Part shown: positions 51,222 to 64,000 of the stretch, in pieces
Layout: every line of letters starts with the position of its first letter
Position numbering within the stretch: position 1 is the first letter of the stretch
Assembly (NCBI RefSeq): GCF_001949145.1
Contig: NW_019091362.1
Location: 2,425,838 to 2,489,837, forward strand
Direction: 5' to 3'
Length of the DNA: 64,000 nucleotides
Origin: Acanthaster planci
Taxonomy: Eukaryota
The notes under the pieces: model-generated
Seen by the model: the letters and a program-made list of their open reading frames with translations, nothing else
The model's database searches: none
What the model was told of the DNA's origin: nothing
Made by a program: the position numbers and the translations under genes

Positions 51222-51441
51222 ATGTATGGCACCGTAGAGAGAGGAGCCCTGAGACATCAGGGACAGCGCCGAACCGTGCAGCTCACCGTCCTGGTCGCGG
51301 CAAAATGTTCCCATGCTGAGTGCCGCCCGCTGGCGCTCATCCAGCGACACGCTGTTGTTGCGCAAGCGGGGATTGTTGCCGTAGGCGGCCTGGCTGTAGC
51401 TGCTGGCTGACATGCTGTTCGACCGGACCATGGCAGAGTTG
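51222..51441 (-). CDS. NAV2: Neuron navigator exon (220 nt), NSAMVRSNS...ELHGSALSLMSQGSSLYGAIH
   Basis: Acceptor ctcccttctccccacaccag, donor CAT|gtaagt, phase 2 in and phase 0 out. HGSALSL matches the navigator HGSxLSL motif that precedes the coiled coil. Confidence 0.92.
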
Positions 51442-51948
51442 CTGGTGTGGGGAGAAGGGAGATACACAATATGGAATCATGGTGTGACACAGAAAACTTG
51501 AACAGAAAACCTTGGAGGCAATTTCAGTTTGTTACAAATGGAAAGATCATTAAATCCCCTCCAACATTGATTTCTGCTGGTCCATATCTGTATGATGGAG
51601 TAATAATTACACAGCTTTAAACTTTATATTGTGGATAAGCAATAATGATGCAATCAACATTCCACTCTTCAATAGTTGAGAATATTTTTTTTTGCTTTCT
51701 CGTGCACTTTCTTAGGGATGCACTTTTTGTATTTCATCTTGGGAACAGACATGTTCGTGCAACATTCTTTAAGGAAGTGTTAAAGTGATTGCCCAGACAT
51801 CATGCTGAACTTTTCAAGATGCACAGAACAAAAACCTACAATTCGTCATTCAGGCCTGCGTAGCAATGCAGCTGTTTAGTATAAACATTCGGCCACGTTT
51901 CTCAGGCTTCCCTAATGCTTCATGCAGTGCTAGGGATGCCACACTCAC

Positions 51949-52017
51949 TACTCAAACCGATACTGCGAGCCAAGACTCATTAGCGAGCGCATCGTGGAGA
52001 TGCGTTGGAGTAGCAGA
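51949..52017 (-). CDS. Candidate 69-nt frame-preserving cassette exon (LLLQRISTMRSLMSLGSQYRFE); an alternative acceptor at 52068 gives 120 nt
   Basis: Acceptor ttggttctctgcag, donor TA|gtgagt. Phase 2/2 matches the host intron, and there is no stop in either length. Confidence 0.5.
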
Positions 52018-52471
52018 CTGCAGAGAACCAACAGGTGAGAGTTGCTGGAGCAGTCACAATTGCTTTCTCTAGGAGGCCACGGCAACAAAGGATAGAGGTT
52101 TTACTTGAGAACTGGAAACCCTTTGAATCATTTTCCTGATAACGATTTTAGAAGGGAACTTTTCAAACAGGCAAATTACATGTATTTGCAGTTTTGGAAA
52201 GGATGACCTTAATCACATTTATTTAATAATAAGGGCCAAGTCACAAGAGGTGTTTTTTACAGTCATCTGGGAGACATGCAGATGCACTGCAAGCTGAAGG
52301 CCAGATGGGTAGAACAAAACATTCACGTCTGCCTTTTGTTTCCTTCTCGCAGATTGCCTGGAACCAGGCACCTGCATATTTCTTCTTGTGACATGGTCCT
52401 CAGACTGTAGATTGTAGTTTAATAACTAGTACATAGGAAATATATTGATGAAGGTTTTTCATTGCTCCTAC

Positions 52472-54340
52472 CTTTGGTTCATGCCAGGTATGGCAAAGAA
52501 TTGGCCGACAGGCTGAGAAGCAGTGGAGCTGGCTGGTGAGAGTGGGGGAGCCCCGTCAGTTGTGGTAGGGTAACCGTTGGCTCGTAGCCAGGCTGTTTCC
52601 TCTGCATCCTTGCCCGATAGGGAGGATATGCTCAGCATCTTGTCTGGCTGTGCTCTGTGATGGGGCGACGGTCCGTTGGAAGATGGAGAGGTCAAGCCAT
52701 AGCGCTCACTGGTGGCACGACTCGTCATGGACAGAGAGCTGGAATTGTTGGAGTCCAGGGACTCCATGCTGCCACTCTCCGACCTGTTAAGGGTGGAGAG
52801 GGAACTGGGGTGCATGTTTCCACGGGCGTAAGGACCCATCATCCCGGCATGCAGGGATCCTAGCCCGCTATCACGGGCTCCTGAGTAACTGTCGCTTAGG
52901 TAGCCACTGTAGCGCAAGGCATCCGAGTATGGAGTTTTGGTCAGTGACAGGTCGGCCGACATGTTGGCAGAGGCTCGTCGGGCAGCGCTCATTGGCACAA
53001 ACTGGGTTGGGGTGGACGTCTGAGGGTGACGAGGAGGGGACGTCCCTGGTTTGGCCAGTGTGGCGTGGGGGTTGGAGATGATGGTATCCTGGGCTGCACT
53101 CCCTGGGGTCTTGGCTCCTTCTGGTTTACGGCCGAACAGCTGCTTGAGGGAAGGGCTGGAAGAGAGGCCAGACTTGCTACCGCCCAGCTTGGCTTTGCCA
53201 GCTTCCGACCCGGTCGGGGAGAGTAATCCTTTCTCCTGATTCCTCTGGTTCTTCTTGAGTTCTGTATTGGAATTCACGTCAGCTTTTGTGCTACCACCTG
53301 GTGGGGACGTTGGGCTTGTCTTCTGCCCCAGCTTCTGCCCAGCTCTCTGACCGGACTTCATTCGGATGCTGCTTCTCTCTGGTGCAGATTCTGAGCCACT
53401 GAGCGATCCACTTACCCGGCCAGACTTTCCACTGCTCCCTGGGAATCCAAAGTTACCAGATTTTGAAGGTGTGATGGCCGTCTTACCTCCAGGAGTGGTT
53501 GCAGAGCCTGAGGCGCCTGGTCGAAAACCAAAGCCCTGCATACCCACAGCTCGGCCTGATGCCATTTTCCGAGAGTCATGAGCACCTGGGATTTCCTGTT
53601 CATCTTTGTTTCTCTGGCTGAGCCGGGCACCACTTCTGCGATCCAGCGTTTCCGATCCACTGTCGTACTTGATCCCTCCAGTTCGTGACCGCGGCAGGCT
53701 TGGCGAGAGGCTGGGGTCAGCATGCCTAGCAGCCTGTGTCTGCCGGACCTGAATGCGGTCCAAGCTGCGCTGCCAGCTTGGGGGAGGTGGGATGCCAGTC
53801 CGTCCTGTTGGTGATGCGAGCGTGCCTCTCTCTGGATAGCCACTCATGTTGCTCTGTCCTTTCTCACGGTCTGATTTACATGTGTCTCCCTTGGACCTCT
53901 TGCCCTTGCCCTGGTCACTCCTGGTTCCTTTGCCGTTCTTCCCACTGCCGTTACGTTTTGGAGACTGCCCCCCAGCTGTGGCTTCTTTTAGGATACTCTT
54001 ACTCAGAGCGCTTCTGCGAGGTGAACTCTCGCCATTTTTCCGTCGCACATCGTCAAGAGTCCGTCGCTGAGGTGAGGATTTCCCACTGTTGATTGGTATT
54101 CCACCGTCCCCAAAAATCTCCAAGTTCTTCCCCGATTCGCACGAGTTGCGGGCAGAGCTGCCTGGGGAACGGCTGTCATCAGAGGAGGCCCGGCCTCGCT
54201 TGATCCCGTCCCTGGTGAGGAGGTTGCAGGAAGCTTGGGAGGAAGAGCAACTGATGGAAGAACCAGTGATGTTCTCGTCCGTGCTGATCTCAGCGATGGT
54301 GTCACTTATCCCACTGCTTATGGAGCTGCTATCATCAATA
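52472..54340 (-). CDS. NAV2: Neuron navigator, large Ser/Gly/Lys-rich low-complexity exon (1869 nt)
   Basis: Acceptor tttttttatcttgcag at 54341 and donor AG|gtagga at 52471. The frame is open throughout and contains the 551-aa ORF. It begins IDDSSSISSGISDTIAEISTDENITGSSIS, resembling the navigator DDSSSVSSGISDT motif as I recall it, and contains GFGF/NFGF and SMESLD motifs. Confidence 0.93.
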
Positions 54341-57011
54341 CTGCAAGATAAAAAAAAGGAAAGAAAAACCCTTTAATACTTACAAACTTAAATTGTGAGG
54401 ACAGTACTTCTGAATACCTGTCACACCAGGATTGAAACACACTGTGAAGACAACACTTCATACTGGACAGCTCCACAGTAGAAATGGCTCCATGCACAAG
54501 TCTGAATAATGTGATCCCACAAGGAATGAGGAAAAGCTAAATCGGCAAGAATTTAGGCCGCTGCAAACAAGCCATTTCACCAGGAAATTTTCCTTCGTGC
54601 TGTCAGGGCTGGTGTATGAGTGGCTTTTCTTTTTCAGTCAATCAAGTTCCATTTCTTCTCTATTTAGTTCCCAGATGTTGTTACACAAGAATTCCTGACT
54701 GACAATGTTTAAGAAGCCATGAAAACACCGAGGGACCTCCCGGGTTCTGCTGCTGTCAATAATCGTCCAAGTGACTTGTGATCTACACTTCCCTTTCCTC
54801 AGGCAAATTGAGATTGGTCAGCAGGTAGTGAGGGGGGACCAGCGAGACAAAACAATCCTCCTCAATGCCAAACATTCAATTTGTTTTCAAATGAGGCAAT
54901 TTGGCTTGGCTTTGCACAAAAAAACCTTCACTGGCACCCAAAACAGGAATAGCAGACAGATGCAGAGTATTCCTCAACTGACACCGGTGTTGCTTCCATT
55001 TGGAGTAACCAGTAGAAGTCTGCTAAACACAACTGCTTACAATGAACCTAAAACAGGTTATCTTAACATAGCATCATACCAGAAACCAATTTGCATCTGA
55101 TTTTTGCTAAGTACATGCACTTCAAAGAAATTAGCTTAGGCCCCTATTATCTAAATCCACAAGGGGGGGTCCAGTTACAATTTCCTTTGACATAGGCAGG
55201 CCTACTTCATTTTAAAGACTAGTGAACTAACCACCTGTGGATACTGATGAAATCATACGTCTCTTTTTGGAACAAAAAAAGTTTTAGTCTTGTTTTCCAT
55301 CCCTCCCTCCACCCCATCCTACCCCAACCCCCCCAAAAAGGAGAAAAATTGTTGTTGAAAGCTTTTCCAAAGACGTCCCCTGTAAAAGTACTTGTAACTC
55401 TTTTCTAAATTATTTGATTTACTCTTCATATTCCCTGCATGGGCATTTCTGCTTGATTTACCGCCTTGTGGAAGTGTAGTGCCCACAAAAGGGTAAACAA
55501 TGTCCCCCCTGGTAGGGCAAATGGTACCTGACCTTGGTTGTTGCTATGATGCAAACAATAGGACCGCAATATTTGATGAGAGGGTGGCACAAAGGTTCAT
55601 TTTTATGATTTACATCTTGATTTGAGAACACAACAGTGACATGTATAATGGGATGTCATCCTTGGCTTTAAGTTTCCGTCACTGAGACAAGCAAAGCATT
55701 CTGGAACAACTATTTGACACATAGTAGGGGAGATATTTATGCAGCACATTCGTGCAGGTTGGTTGAATTCATTCCGACTCCTGTAAGGTTTGCCACTGTG
55801 CTCCATGACAGCTTCGTGGTGATGTCAAATTCACTTTACTCTTAAATCATATTCTCATATGTGAACCAGCCTTCATGGAAGACAATAAACCTAACGTTAA
55901 CAACACACAGCCTTGGAATTCAATGGTAGATTTCAAATAAGCATGTGTACATATGTCATCTTTTGTGAGAGTAGCTCTTTTTTTATGGACATATTAATTC
56001 TCAGACACCACTCTATGATTTACGTGACATGTCAAGTTAGAAGCTCCTGAGACCAACATTGAGTAAACTGCCAAGTGATGGAAAACACATGGGTTTCAAA
56101 GTGTAAACACTGAACATTCATTTGAAGCCGATAAGCAACGTCATGCAGCCAACATGACATATGTTCATGCGCACCTCTAACAATTGCCGCTATAAAATGA
56201 ACTACACGGGAGTGCTTTACTGAATTCTCTTGTGAGAATGGAATGAACCAGTGTCCTCCCTTCCTTTCATTTCCTCTTTTCCTTTCGGGGCTCAGGCAGA
56301 TCAAAGGAGATTTAGAAGATTAAACTCTCAAGAAGCACACAGCATGCAACCACTAATCCTTCTATTAGTAACCATTACGTGGAACATATTGATTCTCGGC
56401 TCGGGAAAAAGTTGGTTGAGATTTTCGAAAGCTGATTGTCAGCCTCTGGCTGAATAAAGACATGTAACTTCTTGAAACCTTGTCAAGAGAGTGTCCTCAA
56501 AGGAAATACATGTAAAACGTGACAACTGACAAATCTGTGGAATTTCCTGGGAGGGCAAGGGACAATCCACATACATTAAATCTGTTCTGGATTTGGATTT
56601 TGACATTTTTTTACATTTTCAGTGTAGACACGTAAAAGCCTTTTCTTCCCTGTTACGATCATGTAAGATATATATTTTTTTTCATGGGTGTTCTTCAGTC
56701 TTCACTACATGCTTCTTTTTTGGGTACAAAATCTGTATCTTTCACTGGTCAAGTGGTTTCTCAATATTTTCTCCTTAACTGTCATATAGACCAAAGTATG
56801 TTTTATACATGTGAATAGTAAAAAACACATGTAGTTACATGTAATTTGGGCTGAGAATTGAGAATCCGGTTCGAAAGTGATTTTGTCATAAAGGCGAACA
56901 CGCCACAATTTGCAGGCTCCTATTGGGCAATCACTGAAGTTGCACGTTAACTTCTGGTTCCATGTAAATGGTGATCAATGCATTTAACTCTATGTGCAGT
57001 GCATGTGCAGT

Positions 57012-57040
57012 GGGCGTGGTTTAAACTGAAGTGACGTCAC
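57012..57040. promoter_or_regulatory. GC-box (GGGCGTGG) next to a palindromic CRE (GTGACGTCAC)
   Basis: Motifs at 57012-57019 and 57031-57040; a CCAAT lies nearby at ~57135. Confidence 0.35.
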
Positions 57041-59912
57041 ACTTACACTGTACGAACCAGATAACAACAGTCCCCAGCCTGTTATCCTAGGAATCTAGCT
57101 CACTGAAACCACATACGTTCCACTCAAGAAGAAACCAATGGTGCATTCTTCACACTCACAATTTTGATATCAACTCACGAGTGGCGGAGCTGTACCTGCT
57201 AATATCCTGTAATTATGTACTGAAAATTCACCCCAAATTTTCTGGTGAATTTTGAAAAATGTAAACCAGTATGTGCTCAAAGCATTGCGTGCACATGTAG
57301 ATCTGTGCAAGCAAAGGAAGTTGACAATTCTATCTTACTAAATTTCATCATCGATGCAGTTTAGAGCAAAAGTCTGAAGAGTATCCTACCCTTTCTTGTG
57401 CACAAATCCATAATTTTTCCACCGGATTCCCTCTCCTCGGCCAACTATCGCAGTCCCACGGATCTGCCGGGAAGAACGTGCCTGAGACTTCACGTAAAGG
57501 GTCATCGTTTTTTTTTTCCACCCACGTGTAACACCACTTCACGAAATCCGTGTAAAGCAATACAGACCTCTGTTCTGGTTTTCCTTCAATCAAAAATTGG
57601 ACAAAACTTAGCCAACTGTTTGCTCCCAATGAAGAATGCTGTAAGAAATGTTGCTTGCAAAGCCAGTCACAGAAGAGCAAAATGCAGAACTTGTTGACTT
57701 GCAGGACATCCGTCCACTGTCTCTGCAGATGAACTGTGCCTTGATGTTCAAGATAAACAGACAAGTAACAGCTTTGCACTGTTTATTCATTAAGAAGATT
57801 GAGTCTTGGGAAAAGAGCAACAAAGCACTTGTTGACTTATACAATGTAAATGTTTATGATGCATTTGCCTGGCCAAGACAAAACTCCCAGTTAACAAAAC
57901 ACCTGCATGGCAGAGAGCTCTTTCCAAAGCACACAGCATATCAGGGTCTTCAGAGCACAGAAGTGCATCCACCACAACCAGCACCAACACTTGAAGGTAC
58001 AGAGTCCCACAGCCAGTATCTGTAACAATCGGCAACTTCAAAAACACCCTTTGAAAATGCAAGCAAAAAGTCCATCTTGGACCATGTCAACAAAATGGAG
58101 AGATAGTTGGAGTAGGCTGTTGAGAAAATCCTGGTTAACACCAGTTCAGCCACAACACGTGCATACTTCAGCTGGGACTAAAACCACTCGTCCATTGGCT
58201 ACAAATACCAAAAGAGCTACATGTATGTGCACTCCAACATGTACAGCCAGTCTAGAGGGTGTTAGCCACTATCATACACTTGGCATTGGCCTGTGAGAAC
58301 CCTCCCATCCCCAATTCAACAACACCCGTACACCTCTCCCATTTTCACACCAGGACCATAAAGGACTTTGCAGTTCTCTATTGTCGGGGCATTTGAACGT
58401 TCTCCCCATGACTGTCTGGCCGCACACTGTCTCCAACTTCTGTTGCAAGTTGTCTTTTTTGTTCTCTCCCAAAAAAGAAAACTTGCAGGTACACTGCAAC
58501 CGGTACCTTGGGTGTGATAATGCATTGTGCAAATGAAGGTTACCGTTCAAGATCGCTTGTGTTTGTCTGCTTGTCAGGATTGCAACATATCATTTTGATC
58601 AAACTTGTTTTGGTAAACCATGTGTCACAGGTTTCTGCTTTTTTTTCTTCTTTTTTTTTGGAATGTCAAGAGAATATTTTTTTTCATGTGGTAGTGGATT
58701 TCACAAAAATTGATAGTATTTATAGGATGAGTATGGAGGATTAACTGACTAATCTAAGCAGTCAAGGGCAAGTGCAGAAAGACACACCAAACTATCTCAA
58801 AAAAGAAAAAAATAGCACTAGAAGAAAGTTTGCACCACTTAGGTATTTTGTAATTTTGGTTACAAGTTAAATCTATGATTGTAAAAAAATACAGTGAATC
58901 GTTTTGGCTCCTATTACAAGCTAACAGTTTCATGTAATTACTTTAGTCCTTACGTTTTCAAATGTTCACTTTTGACAAGACACACAGCTTCAAGGAAAAA
59001 GAACAAGTCACAGCAAATGCCCCAATTTTGGTCGTTCAACCTTAACAGTCCCAAGTCATTCAATTTCAATATGATTTTTACATACACCCTACAGGGGTTA
59101 GGGCTAGTAAAACTTTATCATGAAACCTATGCCTGCAGAAGTCAAGAGTTCAAATGCAGTTTTTGGTAATAATGGACTGACTAGAAAATTGACTTAACAA
59201 GTTCTTTGGAATAAAAAAGGGGCACATAAATATCATCACTCCAACTCTGAATGGATATATCCAATTGAACACATTTGGATATATGGTCATATTTATAGGT
59301 AACATTGAAGGACACCCCCCCCCCAAATAAAATCACAAACAATTGTAAAGTCATCACTTTTAATACCTACACAATTGATCGCTCAACATAAAAAGGAGGG
59401 GCGTTTACATGTTTCTGAAAAAGCACAGCCATAATATTTTCACTAGAACTGCAATAAATTTTAAGTGACCTGCAACTAAAAACTCTACCGAGCTAGTGCA
59501 CTCTGAAAGCTTCCAATGTGATTGTGAGTTGTGACAGGGCAGAGAATTTGCAGCTTTCAAAAGCCGCTCTGCATTTTTAACAGAGCTGTTCTGATACTGC
59601 TCAGGGGAAAATACTGGAATCTTGCAAAACATCTCGGATCAGCAACTGGGATGAAGGAGTGCAGTTCTAAGAGTTCGATTTTCTCAGCGACAGAGCACAG
59701 TACACACAAAAGATATCTTGAGACTGAGATCTATGAGTTGCTAACTCAGGTACTTATATCACAGTGTGCAACTGCATTGGCATATTATACATGGCCTAAA
59801 CACCGAATAAGAGATGTCACAAGCATATGTACACATTTTTACCGCAGAATGACAGAAACATGAAGCTGAACAATGTAGGGTACTGCAGACTATTGCACCT
59901 TGATAGATTCAG

Positions 59913-60159
59913 AAAAGAGAACCACCTGAGCTTTCAGCTACCGTAGATATTTAAGTAATTACTTAACACAGGCCCTGTCGTAATGCTGCTTGTGCGTATC
60001 CCCTTTCTAAGGGGCCCCAACGTTTTTAAGACATGAAAAAGAGAAACACCAGAGCTTTCAGCTACAGTAGATATTTCAGTAATTACTTAACGCAGGCCCT
60101 GTCATAATACTGTTTGTGCCTATCCCCTTTCTACGGGCCCCAACTTTTTAAAGACATGA
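59913..60159. repeat. Tandem duplication, 2 x ~124 bp, moderately diverged
   Basis: aaaagaga.ccacc.gagctttcagctac.gtagatattt.agtaattacttaac.caggccctgtc.taat...tatcccctttcta..gggccccaac.tttt..agacatga is repeated head to tail. Confidence 0.9.
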
Positions 60160-63100
60160 CAAAGTCTTGAGATCTATGGCCATTTTCGTCCTCTGCCACT
60201 AACGGTACAATAGGAGCACAACGGCTTTTCTCAAACTAATTTTGAAGAAAAGAGCAAGAAAGGATGCAGCAATGGCAGTGCGTGACTTGGGATTTCCTAC
60301 TAGTGTCTGTGACTGACTAATGGGCCTACTAAGCCCGAGGTCATGCAAAACGCAAGCACACAAGATGTGGGATGGGTGTGTTCTTTTCTTCTGACAGGTG
60401 GCTGAAGTTTCGATCATAATGCTCCTTCAGATCTGGTGTGGAACTGATGTCAGGATGAAGGTAGAGGAGATTGTTTGGAGAATTGTCAAAAAAAGGGGGG
60501 GGGGGAATGTACATCAGAACAATATAAGCATAAATTAGAGATCATCAATAATATGCTTGGGATGTACACTCATTCAGTATTGAGGATAACTGTCATCGAG
60601 ATCTAATCATTTGCAGAAGCACACCTACCTTATTTTTTGTCAAGCTTCTAAATATTTGTTGAATGGATACTCCACAAAGCTGGATCAACAGGTGATGGCC
60701 CTACTGACCAAGTAAACACCTTCTTATTCCTGTCTCCTTGCCAGGGGCTAACATACCCCTTTCCTTAATTGCCGATAGTTTTTGTTGCCGTTGCAAAGCC
60801 TTTCCAGAGTGTAATCAAGCTGAGGATCCTCTTGGTGGGGGCACTGTTTGCGCATTTTGCAAAAGCCTCCTAGCAGTTGACCATTCCTGGCAGGGGTTCT
60901 CTCTCTAAAATGCAGCATCTCCCATTTCTCATGCAAGTAAACCAACTGGTCATTTAGAATGAGCAAATTGCTTAGGGTTGACTCTGCTATGAGCACTTTG
61001 GAATGAAACCATTCCATTTACATGTGATACTTTAAATATGTAACACTACAGGCAAATGTGCATGCGCATTCCACGAGCTAATTTAAATGTAATTTAAATA
61101 TGTTGGTCTGTTTGAAATAATCTTCCCGCCAATCAGATATAAAACTACCACAGTTACTTCAAGAATTGAGCTTGGACTAAGTGCAACTTGTCCAATTTAG
61201 GGAAGTAATGTGTTTACTACCAACTCAAGAGTCGAGGTACAGTGCAAGCATATCTGTTGTGGAACAGATGGACACGGCTGTCATAAATATAACACAGTCT
61301 GAAAATGGATGTGTACTTCACAATGAGATATAACTTATAAGTCAAGACTTCATACATACAGAACAGAAAAATGTTTGGCACCTCTTAGGGTGTTCTACCT
61401 ACAATAGTTAGACTGTGTGGACTCTGACTACTTTAATGAGCCATGTGAAATAATATACAAAAATAGACAAACATTCAAAGAGTAATACCTTATACATTTT
61501 TTATGACTATTCCACTCAAATAAAGCAGGTTGACAATGGGAGAAATTTTACTCATACACCAAAAAGAAACTTCCAGTGCTGTCCATCATCGTTCAAGCAT
61601 GGTTCATGGAACACACACGTGTAGTTGGAAAGCCAACAAAAACTGTGAGAGAGATTCATCGCATCACAGCATATGCACAAATATGTTGTCCTTAAATTGC
61701 ACACCAACTAGGAACTAACTTGTGTCATTACGTTTCATATACTTCGGCAACTACCAACAAAACTGACGATTGTGTTGCACCCGATCTAACAATCAACCAA
61801 AATCCTGCAGTTCTCCACTTGACAGCTGCCATTCAAATATTTTCTCATAACTGAGGAAACTGAAAAGGCAAACACTCACCAACATAATACAATAGCAGAT
61901 GGTAAATGTGGTAATTCCAACTCCCATTGATTAATTCCACACTGAAGCAAGAAGTGTCCATGGATACAGCAGTAAAACAAGCTTCTTGTCTGTGTTACAT
62001 GACCACACCAACTGAGACCACTGCCTGTATGCATGGATGATCGATGACATCAGTCTCCTAATCCCACCACCCCTTGTCAAGGTAAACTCTAGGGCACTGG
62101 CACCCTCCACGGGCCATCACACACAAACCCATTCAGCCCAAAACAGTACCCAACCACTGAACCAGGTGACCCCTATTTGCAAGGACTTCAATCAAGGAGT
62201 CAAATTAGACTCCCAAACAAAAAAAAAGGCTTTGGTTGTGGGGAGTGAAGAATGCAGGTTCCATCCCCCCCATCCATCATCTCTACCCCTCTTTGTGATC
62301 ACTGGGATCCTCTCTATTCACCCAAAGCTCTTTGGCTCACAGAGAGAAGATTGTGGCTTGTACACTGAGGTAAGCAAGCAATCAGGGACCGAGTCATGGA
62401 TAATGCATAAGCATTCTGATTAGGTAGAAACCAGCGGGACAGTTTGGAGAGGAAAGATCTGTGGATCAAGTTTCTGGTACTGTCTGTCAGTTGTGATTTT
62501 TAATGCTGACATTTGTGCCAAAAAGTGGTAAATTAGTTCACGTAACTTTGGTGTGAATTGTTGGAAAGATACTATAGAGGAAGGATATACCCAGTGGGTT
62601 TGACAAATTTGGTAAGTCATTAAATGCATTCATGATGACAGGCCCTGACAAAAAATTTATAGTTACAGATGTGTTAAGTCTTCCAGAAAGACACTGACAT
62701 GCTTCACTAGGCAAGCAGTAAGTCCAAAGTCCAACTGTAAACAGTAACAAAGCTTGTGCCAATTCATCTCTTTCCTTCAGTCTGCAGGTGATTTCCTTTG
62801 AACAAAGTACGATATATTAAATCAGTGTCAAGGGCCAGTTACAAATGTCAAACTATTTCCCCAATAAATGACACTTTGCACACGCGACTCCATTTATCAC
62901 CAATTCTGCAAATGCTCCAGTCCTACCTACCCTCCTCTCTCTAATTTAAATTATTATGACAATGACCTCTGCCCTCCCATCTTTCACCGGTCTCCTGGGG
63001 AAGCTTACCACCTTCACCTTTGGTAGCAACCGCCACATTCTGTTTATGCAACCATTTCAGAAACCAACCAATAAAGTGCCAAGGATTTTACATGTTTTTC

Positions 63101-64000
63101 TTCAGAGGCTATTCCTGTGTAAGTGCTGGAAACACACTGCGCAAGAAATACCACAAAATTCAGAATTTCCTTTTGGAATAATGTCAAATGATGGAGGGCT
63201 TGGCTTACAACAAGTAATATGAATTTTCAAGAAAATGCTCTTGTAACTTCGCAGATGTCACAACGATATTTAATGAATTGGTCTCCTCTTTTTTCTTTAA
63301 AGAAATTGAGGTGTTTTCTTTGTAATATTTAACCCAATTATGTAGAGGAAACATTGCATCTTTTATTGTGATTTCATATGCAAGAATCTGGCAGTTTTCA
63401 ACTTATCTGATGACTGTCTGACTTTTTACCAAGGTTATCAGAGAAATTATTATTGTTTCAAAAGTTTCAAGGTGTTTGAAAAAAGTAAATTAAATAAACA
63501 ATTGCACTGATTTGTTGACAAACAATTTTGGTGTGTAAGATCAATTAGCCCTTAGAATTTTCAGTAACCTCTGGTAACCCTGTGACCTTTAAATGCCCTG
63601 GTAATTTCAGAAGCCCTTCACCTGACCAAGGGAACAGTTCACAGATTGTAGCGTGTAGTACTGGGGACGGTGACATCAATGAAGTGCCGGTCACCGTTCT
63701 GTTGGAATCCGATGGAATTCAACTGCATTGTACAATAAAGACTTTTTGTTCAAGGTTTTGCTCAATGGCATTGAAGAGGAAATTCAATGTGCCTGGAATA
63801 CAATCAGAAAACAGCCTCTCACTTTCTACATTCATTACCTTTCTTTATCAAATTACCAGGCACATCCATCTCTTTTCAAGGGCAAACTCTGAGAGGAATC
63901 ACTAACCACTTGCAGACACATCTAATTGAAAAATGTACAATGCAAGAATGTTCCTTAATATTTCCAAGGAATTTTTCAACAATTAGGTAGATGCATCTGC

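Larger units (their letters stand above)
1286..54340 (-). other. NAV2: Neuron navigator family gene (NAV/unc-53/sickie-like), internal portion: 4 constitutive exons visible, gene continues beyond both window ends
   Basis: Exons 54340-52472, 51441-51222, 50426-50331 and 1547-1286 splice in frame (intron phases 2, 0, 0). They give the navigator motif order DDSSSISSGISDT...HGSALSL...EIRRLKREL...AHVVAAFEQSL. The symbol is family-level; the paralog cannot be resolved by eye. Confidence 0.9.

Noticed and set aside
52468..54123. 551-aa ORF as a stand-alone gene
   Set aside because: The frame stays open upstream to an acceptor at 54341 and ends at a donor. It is an internal navigator exon.
54341..64000. 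Upstream navigator exons (e.g. CH domain)
   Set aside because: I found no navigator-like peptide with splice sites here. The region appears intronic, though very small exons could be missed by eye.

Overview
AT-rich eukaryotic (animal) genomic DNA. The repeat types and frequent TACATGTA motifs suggest an echinoderm or other invertebrate deuterostome, which is an inference. The whole window lies inside one large minus-strand gene of the neuron navigator family (NAV1-3 / unc-53 / sickie). Four internal coding exons join in frame through GT-AG sites: 54340-52472, 51441-51222, 50426-50331 and 1547-1286. Both ends of the gene lie outside the window. The main observation is the ~48.8 kb phase-0 intron (50330-1548), which splits the conserved coiled-coil region. 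It holds a series of ATG-initiated ORFs that each run into a 5' splice donor in phase 0, so they could be alternative first exons spliced onto the AHVVAAFEQS exon. One of them encodes a long hydrophobic segment. Just upstream are a candidate cassette exon and a candidate terminal exon with a stop and AATAAA. Also present: a truncated L2/CR1-type LINE 3' end, a TTAA-flanked MITE-like element, tRNA-derived SINE-like pieces and several tandem duplications. All alternative-exon calls come from sequence reading alone and need transcript evidence.
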